Of a DNA stretch of 26,707 bases, positions 1-12,426 are shown piece after piece; position 1 is the first letter of the stretch, and every line of letters starts with the position of its first letter. A model generated the notes under the pieces. The model saw only the letters and a program-made list of their open reading frames with translations. It was not told the DNA's origin and searched no databases. Location: positions 1-26,707 of the forward strand of contig NEEC01000253.1 of the NCBI GenBank assembly GCA_002189035.1. The letters run 5' to 3'. The translations under genes were made by a program, and so were the position numbers. This stretch comes from Utricularia gibba (taxonomy: Eukaryota; Plantae; Magnoliophyta).

Positions 1-681
1 TTTGGAACTTCGTTCTGACCATAGGTTCGGTCTGACTCCTTTGCCACATCGGGTCCTACTCGACGAAAATCGTGATGCAGTTATTGAAGTTAGGATTTCA
101 TGAGCACCCAAAATGGTTTTCTCAACCGCATGCTTTATATTTGATAAGGCACTCTCGTGGGGCAACGGTATCGAGCAGGAGGTCGAGTCGAGCTCGGCCC
201 AGAGTCATTTGTAGCCCGGCAAAAAAAATTGATGCATTTATTAACGTTGGTTTAATAGGCTGCCTACATGGTTTCTCAAGGAAAGCTTGTCGTTTCTGGG
301 CGGGTGATGTCTTTGGAACTTCGTTCTGACCAAGGTTCGGTCTGACTCCTTTGCCACATCGGTCCTACTCGACGAAAATCGTGATGCAGTTATTGAAGTT
401 AGGATTTCATGAGCACCCAAAATGGTTTTCTCAACCGCATGCTTTATATTTGATAAGGCGCTCTCGTGGGGCAACGGTATCGAGCAGGAAGGTCGAGTCG
501 AGCTCGGTCCCAGAGTCATTTTAGCCGGCAAAAAAATTGATGCATTTATTAACGTTGGTTTAATAGGCTGCCTACATGGTTTCTCAAGGAAAAGCTTGTC
601 GTTTCTGGGCGGGTGATGTCTTTTGGAACTTCGTTCTGACCATAGGTTCGGTCTGACTCCTTTGCCACATCGGGTCCTACT

Positions 682-1619
682 CGACGAAAATCGTGATGCA
701 GTTATTGAAGTTAGGATTCATGAGCACCCAAAATGGTTTTCTCAACCGCATGCTTTATATTTGATAAGGTGCTCTCGTGGGGCAACGGTATCGAGTAGGA
801 GGTCGAGTCGAGCTCGGGCCCATAGTCATTTGTAGCTCGGCAAAAAAACTTGATGCATTTATTAACGGTTGGTTTTTAATAGGCTGCCTCAATGGTTTTC
901 TCAAGGAAAAGCTTGTCGTTTTTGGGCGGGTGATGTCGTTGTGAACTTCGTTCTGACCAAGGTTCGGTCTGACTCCTTTGCCAAATCTGGTCCTACTCGA
1001 CGAAAATCGTGATGCAGTTATTGAAGTTAGGATTTCATGAGCACCCAAAATGCTTTTGTCAATCGCATGCTTTGTAGTTGAGGAGGCGCTCTAGTGGGGC
1101 ACGGTATCGGGCAAAAGGTCGAGTCGGGCTCGCTCCCAGAGTCATTTTTAGCCTGTCAAAAAAAGTGATGCATTTATTAACGTTGGTTTTAATAGGCTGC
1201 CTACATGGTTTCTCAAGGAAAAGCTTGTCGTTTCTGGGCGGGTGATGTCTTTTGGAACTTCGTTCTGACCATAGGTTCGGTCTGACTCCTTTGCCACATC
1301 GGGTCCTACTCGACGAAAATCGTGATGCAGTTATTGAAGTTAGGATTTCATGAGCACCCAAAATGGTTTTCTCAACCGCATGCTTTATATTTGATAAGGC
1401 ACTCTCGTGGGGCAACGGTATCGAGCAGGAGGTCGAGTCGAGCTCGGCCCAGAGTCATTTGTAGCCGGCAAAAAAATTGATGCATTTATTAACGTTGGCT
1501 TTTATTAGGCTGCCTACATAGTTTCTCAAGGAAAAGCTTGTCGTTTCTGGCGGGTGATGTCTTTGGAACTTCGTTCTGACCAGGTTCGGTCTGACTCCTT
1601 TGCCACATCGGGTCCTACT
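682..1619 (+). repeat. Reference trio of monomer types: Y (682-997), Z (998-1310), X (1311-1619)
   Basis: Y: AAGGTGCTCTC, GAGTAGG, GGGCCCATAG, AACGGTT, CTCAATGG, GTCGTTGTGAAC. Z: AATGCTTTTGTCAATCGC, GTAGTTGAGGAGGCGCTCTAG, GGGCAAAAGG, GCCTGTCAAAAAAAGTG. X: AAGGCACTCTC, GAGCAGG, GGCCCAGAG. Y versus Z differ at about 38 positions by hand alignment (~88% identity). Confidence 0.9.
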
Positions 1620-3181
1620 CGACGAAAATCGTGATGCAGTTATTGAAGTTAGGATTCATGAGCACCCAAAATGGTTTTCTCAACCGCATGCTTTATATTT
1701 GATAAGGTGCTCTCGTGGGGCAACGGTATCGAGTAGGAGGTCGAGTCGAGCTCGGGCCCATAGTCATTTGTAGCTCGGCAAAAAACTTGATGCATTTATT
1801 AACGGTTGGTTTTAATAGGCTGCCTCAATGGTTTTCTCAAGGAAAAGCTTGTCGTTTTTGGGCGGGTGATGTCGTTGTGAACTTCGTTCTGACCCAAGGT
1901 TCGGTCTGTCTCCTTTGCCAAATCTGGTCCTACTCGACGAAAATCGTGATGCAGTTATTGAAGTTAGGATTTCATGAGCACCCAAAATGCTTTTGTCAAT
2001 CGCATGCTTTGTAGTTGAGGAGGCGCTCTAGTGGGGCACGGTATCGGGCAAAAGGTCGAGTCGGGCTCGCTCCAGAGTCATTTTTAGCCTGTCAAAAAAA
2101 GTGATGCATTTATTAACGTTGGGTTTTAATAGGCTGCCTACATGGTTTCTCAAGGAAAAGCTTGTCGTTTCTGGGCGGGTGATGTCTTTTGGAACTTCGT
2201 TCTGACCATAGGTTCGGTCTGACTCCTTTGCACATCGGGTCCTACTCGACGAAAATCGTGATGCAGTTATTGAAGTTAGGATTTCATGAGCACCCAAAAT
2301 GGTTTTCTCAACCGCATGCTTTATATTTGATAAGGCTCTCGTGGGGCAACGGTATCGAGTAGGAGGTCGAGTCGAGCTCGGGCCCATAGTCATTTGTAGC
2401 TCGGCAAAAAACTTGATGCATTTATTAACGGTTGGTTTAATAGGCTGCCTCAATGGTTTTCTCAAGGAAAAGCTTGTCGTTTTTGGGCGGGTGATGTCGT
2501 TGTGAACTTCGTTCTGACCAAGGTTCGGTCTGACTCCTTTGCCAATCTGGTCCTACTCGACGAAAATCGTGATGCAGTTATTGAAGTTAGGATTTCATGA
2601 GCACCCAAAATGCTTTTGTCAATCGCATGCTTTGTAGTTGAGGAGGCGCTCTAGTGGGGCACGGTATCGGGCAAAAGGTCGAGTCGGGCTCGCTCCAGAG
2701 TCATTTTTAGCCTGTCAAAAAAAGTGATGCATTTATTAACGTTGGGTTTTAATAGGCTGCCTACATGGTTTCTCAAGGAAAAGCTTGTCGTTTCTGGGGG
2801 GGTGATGTCTTTGGAACTTCGTTCTGACCATAGGTTCGGTCTGACTCCTTTGCCACATCGGGTCCTACTCGACGAAAATCGTGATGCAGTTATTGAAGTT
2901 AGGATTTCATGAGCACCCAAAATGGTTTTCTCAACCGCATGCTTTATATTTGATAAGGCACTCTCGTGGGCAACGGTATCGAGCAGGAGGTCGAGTCGAG
3001 CTCGGGCCCAGAGTCATTTGTAGCCCGGCAAAAAAATTGATGCATTTATTAACGTTGGGTTTTATTAGGCTGCCTACATAGGTTTCAAGGAAAAGCTTGT
3101 CGTTTCTGGGCGGGTGATGTCTTTTGGAACTTCGTTCTGACCATAGTTCGGTCTGACTCCTTTGCCACATCGGGTCCTACT

Positions 3182-5670
3182 CACGAAAATCGTGATGCAG
3201 TTATTGAAGTTAGGATTTCATGAGCACCCAAAATGGTTTTCTCAACCGCATGCTTTATATTTGATAAGGTGCTCTCGTGGGGCAACGGTATCGAGTAGGA
3301 GGTCGAGTCGAGCTCGGCCCATAGTCATTTGTAGCTCGGCAAAAAACTTGATGCATTTATTAACGGTTGGTTTTAATAGGCTGCCTCAATGGTTTTCTCA
3401 AGGAAAAGCTTGTCGTTTTTGGGCGGGTGATGTCGTTGTGAACTTCGTTCTGACCAAGGTTCGGTCTGTCTCCTTTGCCAAATCTGGTCCTACTCGACGA
3501 AAATCGTGATGCAGTTATTGAAGTTAGGATTTCATGAGCACCAAAATGCTTTTGTCAATCGCATGCTTTGTAGTTGAGGAGGCGCTCTAGTGGGGCACGG
3601 TATCGGGCAAAAGGTCGAGTCGGGCTCGCTCCCAGAGTCATTTTAGCCTGTCAAAAAAAGTGATGCATTTATTAACGTTGGGTTTTAATAGGCTGCCTAC
3701 ATGGTTCTCAAGGAAGCTTGTCGTTTCTGGGCGGGTGATGTCTTTTGGAACTTCGTTCTGACCATAGGTTCGGTCTGACTCCTTTGCCACATCGGGTCCT
3801 ACTCGACGAAAATCGTGATGCAGTTATTGAAGTTAGGATTTCATGAGCACCCAAAATGGTTTTCTCAACCGCATGCTTTATATTTGATAAGGTGCTCTCG
3901 TGGGGCAACGGTATCGAGTAGGAGGTCGAGTCGAGCTCGGGCCCATAGTCATTTGTAGCTCGGCAAAAACTTGATGCATTTATTAACGTTGGTTTTAATA
4001 GGCTGCCTCAATGGTTTTCTCAAGGAAAAGCTTGTCGTTTTTGGGCGGGTGATGTCGTTGTGAACTTCGTTCTGACCCAAGGTTCGGTCTGTCTCCTTTG
4101 CCAATCTGGTCCTACTCGACGAAAATCGTGATGCAGTTATTGAAGTTAGGATTTCATGAGCACCCAAAATGCTTTTGTCAATCGCATGCTTTGTAGTTGA
4201 GGAGGCGCTCTAGTGGGGCACGGTATCGGGCAAAAGGTCGAGTCGGAGAGTCATTTTTAGCCTGTCAAAAAAAGTGATGCATTTATTAACGTTGGGTTTT
4301 AATAGGCTGCCTACATGGTTTCTCAAGGAAAAGCTTGTCGTTTCTGGGCGGGTGATGTCTTTTGGAACTTCGTTCTGACCATAGGTTCGGTCTGACTCCT
4401 TTGCCACATCGGGTCCTACTCGACGAAAATCGTGATGCAGTTATTGAAGTTAGGATTTCATGAGCACCCAAAATGGTTTTCTCAACCGCATGCTTTATAT
4501 TTGATAAGGTGCTCTCGTGGGGCAACGGTATCGAGTAGGAGGTCGAGTCGAGCTCGGGCCCATAGTCATTTGTAGCTCGGCAAAAAACTTGATGCATTTA
4601 TTAACGGTTGGTTTTAATAGGCTGCCTCAATGGTTTTCTCAAGGAAAAGCTTGTCGTTTTTGGGCGGGTGATGTCGTTGTGAACTTCGTTCTGACCCAAG
4701 GTTCGGTCTGTCTCCTTTGCCAATCTGGTCCTACTCGACGAAAATCGTGATGCAGTTATTGAAGTTAGGATTTCATGAGCACCCAAAATGCTTTTGTCAA
4801 TCGCATGCTTTGTAGTTGAGGAGGCGCTCTAGTGGGGCACGGTATCGGGCAAAAGGTCGAGTCGGGCTCGCCAGAGTCATTTTTAGCCTGTCAAAAAAAG
4901 TGATGCATTTATTAACGTTGGTTTTAATAGGCTGCCTACATGGTTTCTCAAGGAAAAGCTTGTCGTTTCTGGGCGGGTGATGTCTTTTGGAACTTCGTTC
5001 TGACCATAGGTTCGGTCTGACTCCTTTGCCACATCGGGTCCTACTCGACGAAAATCGTGATGCAGTTATTGAAGTTAGGATTTCATGAGCACCCAAAATG
5101 GTTTTCTCAACCGCATGCTTTATATTTGATAAGGTGCTCTCGTGGGGCAACGGTATCGAGTAGGAGGTCGAGTCGAGCTCGGGCCCATAGTCATTTGTAG
5201 CTCGGCAAAAAACTTGATGCATTTATTAACGTTGGTTTTAATAGGCTGCCTCAATGGTTTTCTCAAGGAAAAGCTTGTCGTTTTGGGCGGGTGATGTCGT
5301 TGTGAACTTCGTTCTGACCAAGGTTCGGTCTGTCTCCTTTGCCAATCTGGTCCTACTCGACGAAAATCGTGATGCAGTTATTGAAGTTAGGATTTCATGA
5401 GCACCCAAAATGCTTTTGTCAATCGCATGCTTTGTAGTTGAGGAGGCGCTCTAGTGGGGCACGGTATCGGGCAAAAGGTCGAGTCGGGCTCGCTCCCAGA
5501 GTCATTTTTAGCCTGTCAAAAAAAGTGATGCATTTATTAACGTTGGTTTTAATAGGCTGCCTACATGGTTTCTCAAGGAAAAGCTTGTCGTTTCTGGGCG
5601 GGTGATGTCTTTTGGAACTTCGTTCTGACCATAGGTTCGGTCTGACTCCTTTGCCACATCGGGTCCTACT
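3182..5670 (+). repeat. Dimeric higher-order repeat block (Y-Z)x4, ~625 bp period
   Basis: Monomer starts 3182 Y, 3495 Z, 3804 Y, 4117 Z, 4421 Y, 4736 Z, 5046 Y, 5358 Z alternate strictly by the diagnostic motifs. Confidence 0.9.
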
Positions 5671-6582
5671 CGACGAAAATCGTGATGCAGTTATTGAAGT
5701 TAGGATTTCATGAGCACCAAAATGGTTTTCTCAACCGCATGCTTTATATTTGATAAGGCACTCTCGTGGGGCAACGGTATCGAGCAGGAGGTCGAGTCGA
5801 GCTCGGGCCCATAGTCATTTGTAGCTCGGCAAAAAACTTGATGCATTTATTAACGTTGGTTTTAATAGGCTGCCTACATGGTTTCTCAAGGAAAAGCTTG
5901 TCGTTTTTGGGCGGGTGATGTCGTTGTGAACTTCGTTCTGACCAAGGTTCGGTCTGACTCCTTTGCCACATCGGGTCCTACTCGACGAAAATCGTGATGC
6001 AGTTATTGAAGTTAGGATTCATGAGCACCCAAAATGGTTTCTCAACCGCATGCTTTATATTTTGATAAGGCACTCTCGTGGGGCAACGGTATCGAGCAGG
6101 AGGTCGAGTCGAGCTCGGGCCCAAGTCATTTGTAGCTCAAAAAAATTTGATGCATTTATTAACGTTGGTTTATAGGCTGCCTACATGGTTTCTCAAGGAA
6201 AAGCTTGTCGTTTTGGGCGGGTGATGTCGTTGTGAACTTCGTTCTGACCAAGGTTCGGTCTGACTCCTTTGCCACATCGGGTCCTACTCGACGAAAATCG
6301 TGATGCAGTTATTGAAGTTAGGATTCATGAGCACCCAAAATGGTTTTTCAACCGCATGCTTTATATTGAGGAGGCGCTCTCGTGGGGCAACGGTATCGAG
6401 CAGGAGGTCGAGTCGAGTCTCATAGTCATTTTAGCTGGCAAAAAATTGATGCATTTATTAACGTTGGGTTTAATAGGCCTACATGTTTCTCAAGGAAAAG
6501 CTTGTCGTTTTTGGGCGGGTGATGTCGTTTGAACTTCGTTCTGACCAAGGTTCGGTCTGTCCTTTGCCAAATCGGTCCTACT
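5671..6582 (+). repeat. Patch of three hybrid monomers (X/Y and X/Z mosaics)
   Basis: Monomers at 5671 and 5983 combine X GGCACTCTC/GAGCAGG with Y-type GTAGCTC and GTCGTTGTGAAC. The monomer at 6289 carries the Z patch GAGGAGGCG in an X-like background. Confidence 0.75.
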
Positions 6583-9069
6583 CGACGAAAATCGTGATGC
6601 AGTTATTGAAGTTAGGATTTCATGAGCACCCAAAATGGTTTTCTCAACCGCATGCTTTATATTTGATAAGGTGCTCTCGTGGGGCAACGGTATCGAGTAG
6701 GAGGTCGAGTCGAGCTCGGGCCCATAGTCATTTGTAGCTCGGCAAAAAAACTTGATGCATTTATTAACGGTTGGTTTTAATAGGCTGCCTCAATGGTTTT
6801 CTCAAGGAAAAGCTTGTCGTTTTGGGCGGGTGATGTCGTTGTGAACTTCGTTCTGACCCAAGGTTCGGTCTGTCTCCTTTGCCAAATCTGGTCCTACTCG
6901 ACGAAAATCGTGATGCAGTTATTGAAGTTAGGATTTCATGAGCACCCAAAATGCTTTTTCAACGCATGCTTTGTAGTTGAGGAGGCGCTCTAGTGGGGCA
7001 CGGTATCGGGCAAAGGTCGAGTCGGGCTCGCCAGAGTCATTTTTAGCCTGGCAAAAAAAGTGATGCATTTATTAACGTTGGTTTTTAATAGGCTGCCTAC
7101 ATGGTTTCTCAAGGAAAAGCTTGTCGTTTCTGGGGCGGGTGATGTCTTTTGGAACTTCGTTCTGACCATAGGTTCGGTCTGACTCCTTTGCCACATCGGG
7201 TCCTACTCGACGAAAATCGTGATGCAGTTATTGAAGTTAGGATTCATGAGCACCCAAAATGGTTTTCTCAACCGCATGCTTTATTTGATAAGGCACTCTC
7301 GTGGGCAACGGTATCGAGTAGGAGGTCGAGTCGAGCTCGGGCCCATAGTCATTTGTAGCTCGGCAAAAAAATTGATGCATTTATTAACGTTGGTTTTAAT
7401 AGGCTGCCTCAATGGTTTCTCAAGGAAAAGCTTGTCGTTTTTGGGCGGGTGATGTCGTTGTGAACTTCGTTCTGACCCAAGGTTCGGTCTGACTCCTTTG
7501 CCACATCGGTCCTACTCGACGAAAATCGTGATGCAGTTATTGAAGTTAGGATTTCATGAGCACCCAAAATGGTTTTCTCAACCGCATGCTTTATATTTGA
7601 TAAGGCACTCTCGTGGGGCAACGGTATCGAGCAGGAGGTCGAGTCGAGCTCGGGGTCATTTGTAGCCCGGCAAAAAAAATTGATGCATTTATTAACGTTG
7701 GTTTTATTAGGCTGCCTACATAGTTCTCAAGGAAAAGCTTGTCGTTTCTGGGCGGGTGATGTCTTGGGAACTTCGTTCTGACCAAGGTTCGGTCTGACTC
7801 CTTTGCCACATCGGTCCTACTCGACGAAAATCGTGATGCAGTTATTGAAGTTAGGATTCATGAGCACCCAAAATGGTTTTCTCAACCGCATGCTTTATAT
7901 TTGATAGGCGCTCTCGTGGGGCAACGGTATCGAGCAGGAGGTCGAGTCGAGCTCGGGCCCATAGTCATTTGTAGCTCGGCAAAAAACTTGATGCATTTAT
8001 TAACGTTGGTTTTAATAGGCTGCCTACATGTTTTCTCAAGGAAAAGCTTGTCGTTTTTGGGCGGGTGATGTCGTTGTGAACTTCGTTCTGACCCAAGGTT
8101 CGGTCTGTCTCCTTTGCCAAATCTGGTCCTACTCGACGAAAATCGTGATGCAGTTATTGAAGTTAGGATTTCATGAGCACCCAAAATGGTTTTCTCAACC
8201 GCATGCTTTATATTTGATAAGGTGCTCTCGTGGGGCAACGGTATCGAGTAGGAGGTCGAGTCGAGCTCGGGCCATAGTCATTTGTAGCTCGGCAAAAAAA
8301 CTTGATGCATTTATTAACGTTGGTTTTAATAGGCTGCCTCAATGGTTTTCTCAAGGAAAAGCTTGTCGTTTTGGGCGGGTGATGTCGTTGTGAACTTCGT
8401 TCTGACCCAAGGTTCGGTCTGTCTCCTTTGCCAAATCTGGTCCTACTCGACGAAAATCGTGATGCAGTTATTGAAGTTAGGATTTCATGAGCACCCAAAA
8501 TGCTTTTTCAACGCATGCTTTGTAGTTGAGGAGGCGCTCTAGTGGGGCACGGTATCGGGCAAAAGGTCGAGTCGGGCTCGCTCCAGAGTCATTTTTAGCC
8601 TGGCAAAAAAAGTGATGCATTTATTAACGTTGGGTTTTAATAGGCTGCCTACATGGTTTCTCAAGGAAAAGCTTGTCGTTTCTGGGCGGGTGATGTCTTT
8701 TGGAACTTCGTTCTGACCATAGGTTCGGTCTGACTCCTTTGCCACATCGGTCCTACTCGACGAAAATCGTGATGCAGTTATTGAAGTTAGGATTTCATGA
8801 GCACCCAAAATGGTTTTCTCAACCGCATGCTTTATATTTGATAAGGCACTCTCGTGGGGCAACGGTATCGAGCAGGAGGTCGAGTCGAGCTCGGCCCAGA
8901 GTCATTTGTAGCCCGGCAAAAAAATTGATGCATTTATTAACGTTGGTTTAATAGGCTGCCTACATGGTTTCTCAAGGAAAAGCTTGTCGTTTTTGGGCGG
9001 GTGATGTCTTTTGGAACTTCGTTCTGACCATAGGTTCGGTCTGACTCCTTTGCCACATCGGGTCCTACT

Positions 9070-11549
9070 CGACGAAAATCGTGATGCAGTTATTGAAGTT
9101 AGGATTCATGAGCACCCAAATGGTTTTCTCAACCGCATGCTTTATATTTGATAAGGCTCTCGTGGGGCAACGGTATCGAGTAGGAGGTCGAGTCGAGCTC
9201 GGGCCCATAGTCATTTGTAGCTCGGCAAAAAACTTGATGCATTTATTAACGGTTGGTTTTAATAGGCTGCCTCAATGGTTTTCTCAAGGAAAAGCTTGTC
9301 GTTTTTGGGCGGGTGATGTCGTTGGGAACTTCGTTCTGACCCAAGGTTCGGTCTGACTCCTTTGCCAATCGGTCCTACTCGACGAAAATCGTGATGCAGT
9401 TATTGAAGTTAGGATTTCATGAGCACCCAAAATGCTTTTGTCAATCGCATGCTTTGTAGTTGAGGAGGCGCTCTAGTGGGGCACGGTATCGGGCAAAAGG
9501 TCGAGTCGGCTCGCTCCCAGAGTCATTTTAGCCTGTCAAAAAAAGTGATGCATTTATTAACGTTGGGTTTTAATAGGCTGCCTACATGGTTTCTCAAGGA
9601 AAAGCTTGTCGTTTCTGGGCGGGTGATGTCTTTTGGAACTTCGTTCTGACCATAGGTTCGGTCTGACTCCTTTGCCACATCGGGTCCTACTCGACGAAAA
9701 TCGTGATGCAGTTATTGAAGTTAGGATTTCATGAGCACCCAAAATGGTTTTCTCAACCGCATGCTTTATATTTGATAAGGTGCTCTCGTGGGGCAACGGT
9801 ATCGAGTAGGAGGTCGAGTCGAGCTCGGGCCCATAGTCATTTGTAGCTCGGCAAAAAACTTGATGCATTTATTAACGGTTGGTTTTAATAGGCTGCCTCA
9901 ATGGTTTTCTCAAGGAAAAGCTTGTCGTTTTTGGGCGGTGATGTCGTTGTGAACTTCGTTCTGACCCAAGGTTCGGTCTGTCTCCTTTGCCAATCTGGTC
10001 CTACTCGACGAAAATCGTGATGCAGTTATTGAAGTTAGGATTTCATGAGCACCCAAAATGCTTTTGTCAATCGCATGCTTTTAGTTGAGGAGGCGCTCTA
10101 GTGGGGCACGGTATCGGGCAAAAGGTCGAGTCGGGCTCTCCCAGAGTCATTTTTAGCCTGTCAAAAAAAGTGATGCATTTATTAACGTTGGGTTTTAATA
10201 GGCTGCCTACATGGTTTCTCAAGGAAAAGCTTGTCGTTTCTGGGCGGGTGATGTCTTTTGGAACTTCGTTCTGACCATAGGTTCGGTCTGACTCCTTTGC
10301 CACATCGGGTCCTACTCGACGAAAATCGTGATGCAGTTATTGAAGTTAGGATTTCATGAGCACCCAAAATGGTTTTCTCAACCGCATGCTTTATATTTGA
10401 TAAGGTGCTCTCGTGGGGCAACGGTATCGAGTAGGAGGTCGAGTCGAGCTCGGGCCCATAGTCATTTGTAGCTCGGCAAAAAACTTGATGCATTTATTAA
10501 CGTTGGTTTTAATAGGCTGCCTCAATGGTTTTCTCAAGGAAAAGCTTGTCGTTTTTGGGCGGGTGATGTCGTTGTGAACTTCGTTCTGACCCAAGGTTCG
10601 GTCTGTCTCCTTTGCCAATCTGGTCCTACTCGACGAAAATCGTGATGCAGTTATTGAAGTTAGGATTTCATGAGCACCCAAAATGCTTTTGTCAATCGCA
10701 TGCTTTGTAGTTGAGGAGGCGCTCTAGTGGGGCACGGTATCGGGCAAAAGGTCGAGTCGGGCTCGCTCCCAGAGTCATTTTTAGCCTGTCAAAAAAAGTG
10801 ATGCATTTATTAACGTTGGGTTTTAATAGGCTGCCTACATGGTTTCTCAAGGAAAAGCTTGTCGTTTCTGGGCGGGTGATGTCTTTTGGAACTTCGTTCT
10901 GACCATAGGTTCGGTCTGACTCCTTTGCCACATCGGGTCCTACTCGACGAAAATCGTGATGCAGTTATTGAAGTTAGGATTTCATGAGCACCCAAAATGG
11001 TTTTCTCAACCGCATGCTTTATATTTGATAAGGTGCTCTCGTGGGGCAACGGTATCGAGTAGGAGGTCGAGTCGAGCTCGGCCCCATAGTCATTTGTAGC
11101 TCGGCAAAAAACTTGATGCATTTATTAACGGTTGGTTTTAATAGGCTGCCTCAATGGTTTTCTCAAGGAAAAGCTTGTCGTTTTTGGGCGGGTGATGTCG
11201 TTGTGAACTTCGTTCTGACCCGGTCTGTCTCCTTTGCCAATCTGGTCCTACTCGACGAAAATCGTGATGCAGTTATTGAAGTTAGGATTTCATGAGCACC
11301 CAAAATGCTTTTGTCAATCGCATGCTTTGTAGTTGAGGAGGCGCTCTAGTGGGGCACGGTATCGGGCAAAAGGTCGAGTCGGGCTCGCTCCAGAGTCATT
11401 TTTAGCCTGTCAAAATGATGCATTTATTAACGTTGAATAGGCTGCCTACATGGTTTCTCAAGGAAAAGCTTGTCGTTTCTGGGCGGGTGATGTCTTTTGG
11501 AACTTCGTTCTGACCATAGGTTCGGTCTGACTCCTTTGCCACATCGACT
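9070..11549 (+). repeat. Dimeric higher-order repeat block (Y-Z)x4
   Basis: Starts 9070 Y, 9380 Z, 9692 Y, 10006 Z, 10317 Y, 10631 Z, 10945 Y, 11253 Z. Confidence 0.9.
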
Positions 11550-12426
11550 CGACGAAAATCGTGATGCCATGAGCACCCAAAATGGTTTTCTCAACCGCAT
11601 GCTTTATATTTGATAAGGCGCTCTGGGGCAACGGTATCGAGTAGGAGGTCGAGTCGAGCTCGGGCCCATAGTCATTTGTAGCTCGGCAAAAAACTTGATG
11701 CATTTATTAACGTTGGTTTTAATAGGCTGCCTCATGGTTTTCTCAAGGAAAAGCTTGTCGTTTTTGCGGGTGATGTCGTTGTGAACTTCGTTCTGACCCA
11801 AGGTTCGGTCTGACTCCTTTGCCAATCGGGTCCTACTCGACGAAAATCGTGATGCAGTTATTGAAGTTAGGATTCATGAGCACCCAAAATGCTTTTCTCA
11901 ACCGCATGCTTTATATTTGATAAGGCCTCTCGTGGGGCAACGGTATCGAGCAGGAGGTCGAGTCGAGCTCTCATTTGTAGCCCGGCAAAAAATTGATGCA
12001 TTTATTAAAATAGGCTGCCTACATGTTTCTCAAGGAAAAGCTTGTCGTTTTGATGTCGTTGGGAACTTCGTTCTGACCCAAGGTTCGGTCTGACTCCTTT
12101 GCCACATCGGGTCCTACTCGACGAAAATCGTGATGCAGTTATTGAAGTTAGGATTCATGAGCACCCAAAATGGTTTTCTCAACCGCATGCTTTATATTTG
12201 AGGAGGCGCTCTCGTGGGGCAACGGTATCGAGCAGGAGGTCGAGTCGAGCTCGGGCCCATAGTCATTTGTAGCTCGGCAAAAAACTTGATGCATTATTAA
12301 CGTTGGTTTTAATAGGCTACATTGTTTTCTCAAGGAAAAGCTTGTCGTTTTTGGGCGGGTGATGTCGTTGTGAACTTCGTTCTGACCCAAGGTTCGGTCT
12401 GACTCCTTTGCCAAATCGGTCCTACT
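11550..12426 (+). repeat. Patch of deleted and hybrid monomers
   Basis: Monomers at 11550 (288 bp), 11838 (281 bp) and 12119 (308 bp) have multi-base deletions and mixed diagnostic sites. Confidence 0.75.

Noticed and set aside
8-24. CTTCGTT resembling the start of the CENP-B box (also TCGTTTCTGGGCGGG near 290-304)
   Set aside because: The functional core NTTCGNNNNANNCGGGN is not met. The first lacks the A and CGGG; the second lacks TTCG and the A and has the wrong spacing.
89-97. GTTAGGATT containing TTAGG, telomere-like
   Set aside because: A single 5-mer per monomer with no tandem telomeric run; expected by chance.
95-290. Several 6-8 bp palindromes per monomer (TCATGA, GCATGC, CGAGCTCG, GGGCCC, ATGCAT, AACGTT, AAGCTT) as possible cruciform or dyad enrichment
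   Set aside because: About 5 six-bp palindromes are expected by chance in 313 bp, so 6-7 is not clear enrichment. I saw no long stem-loop.
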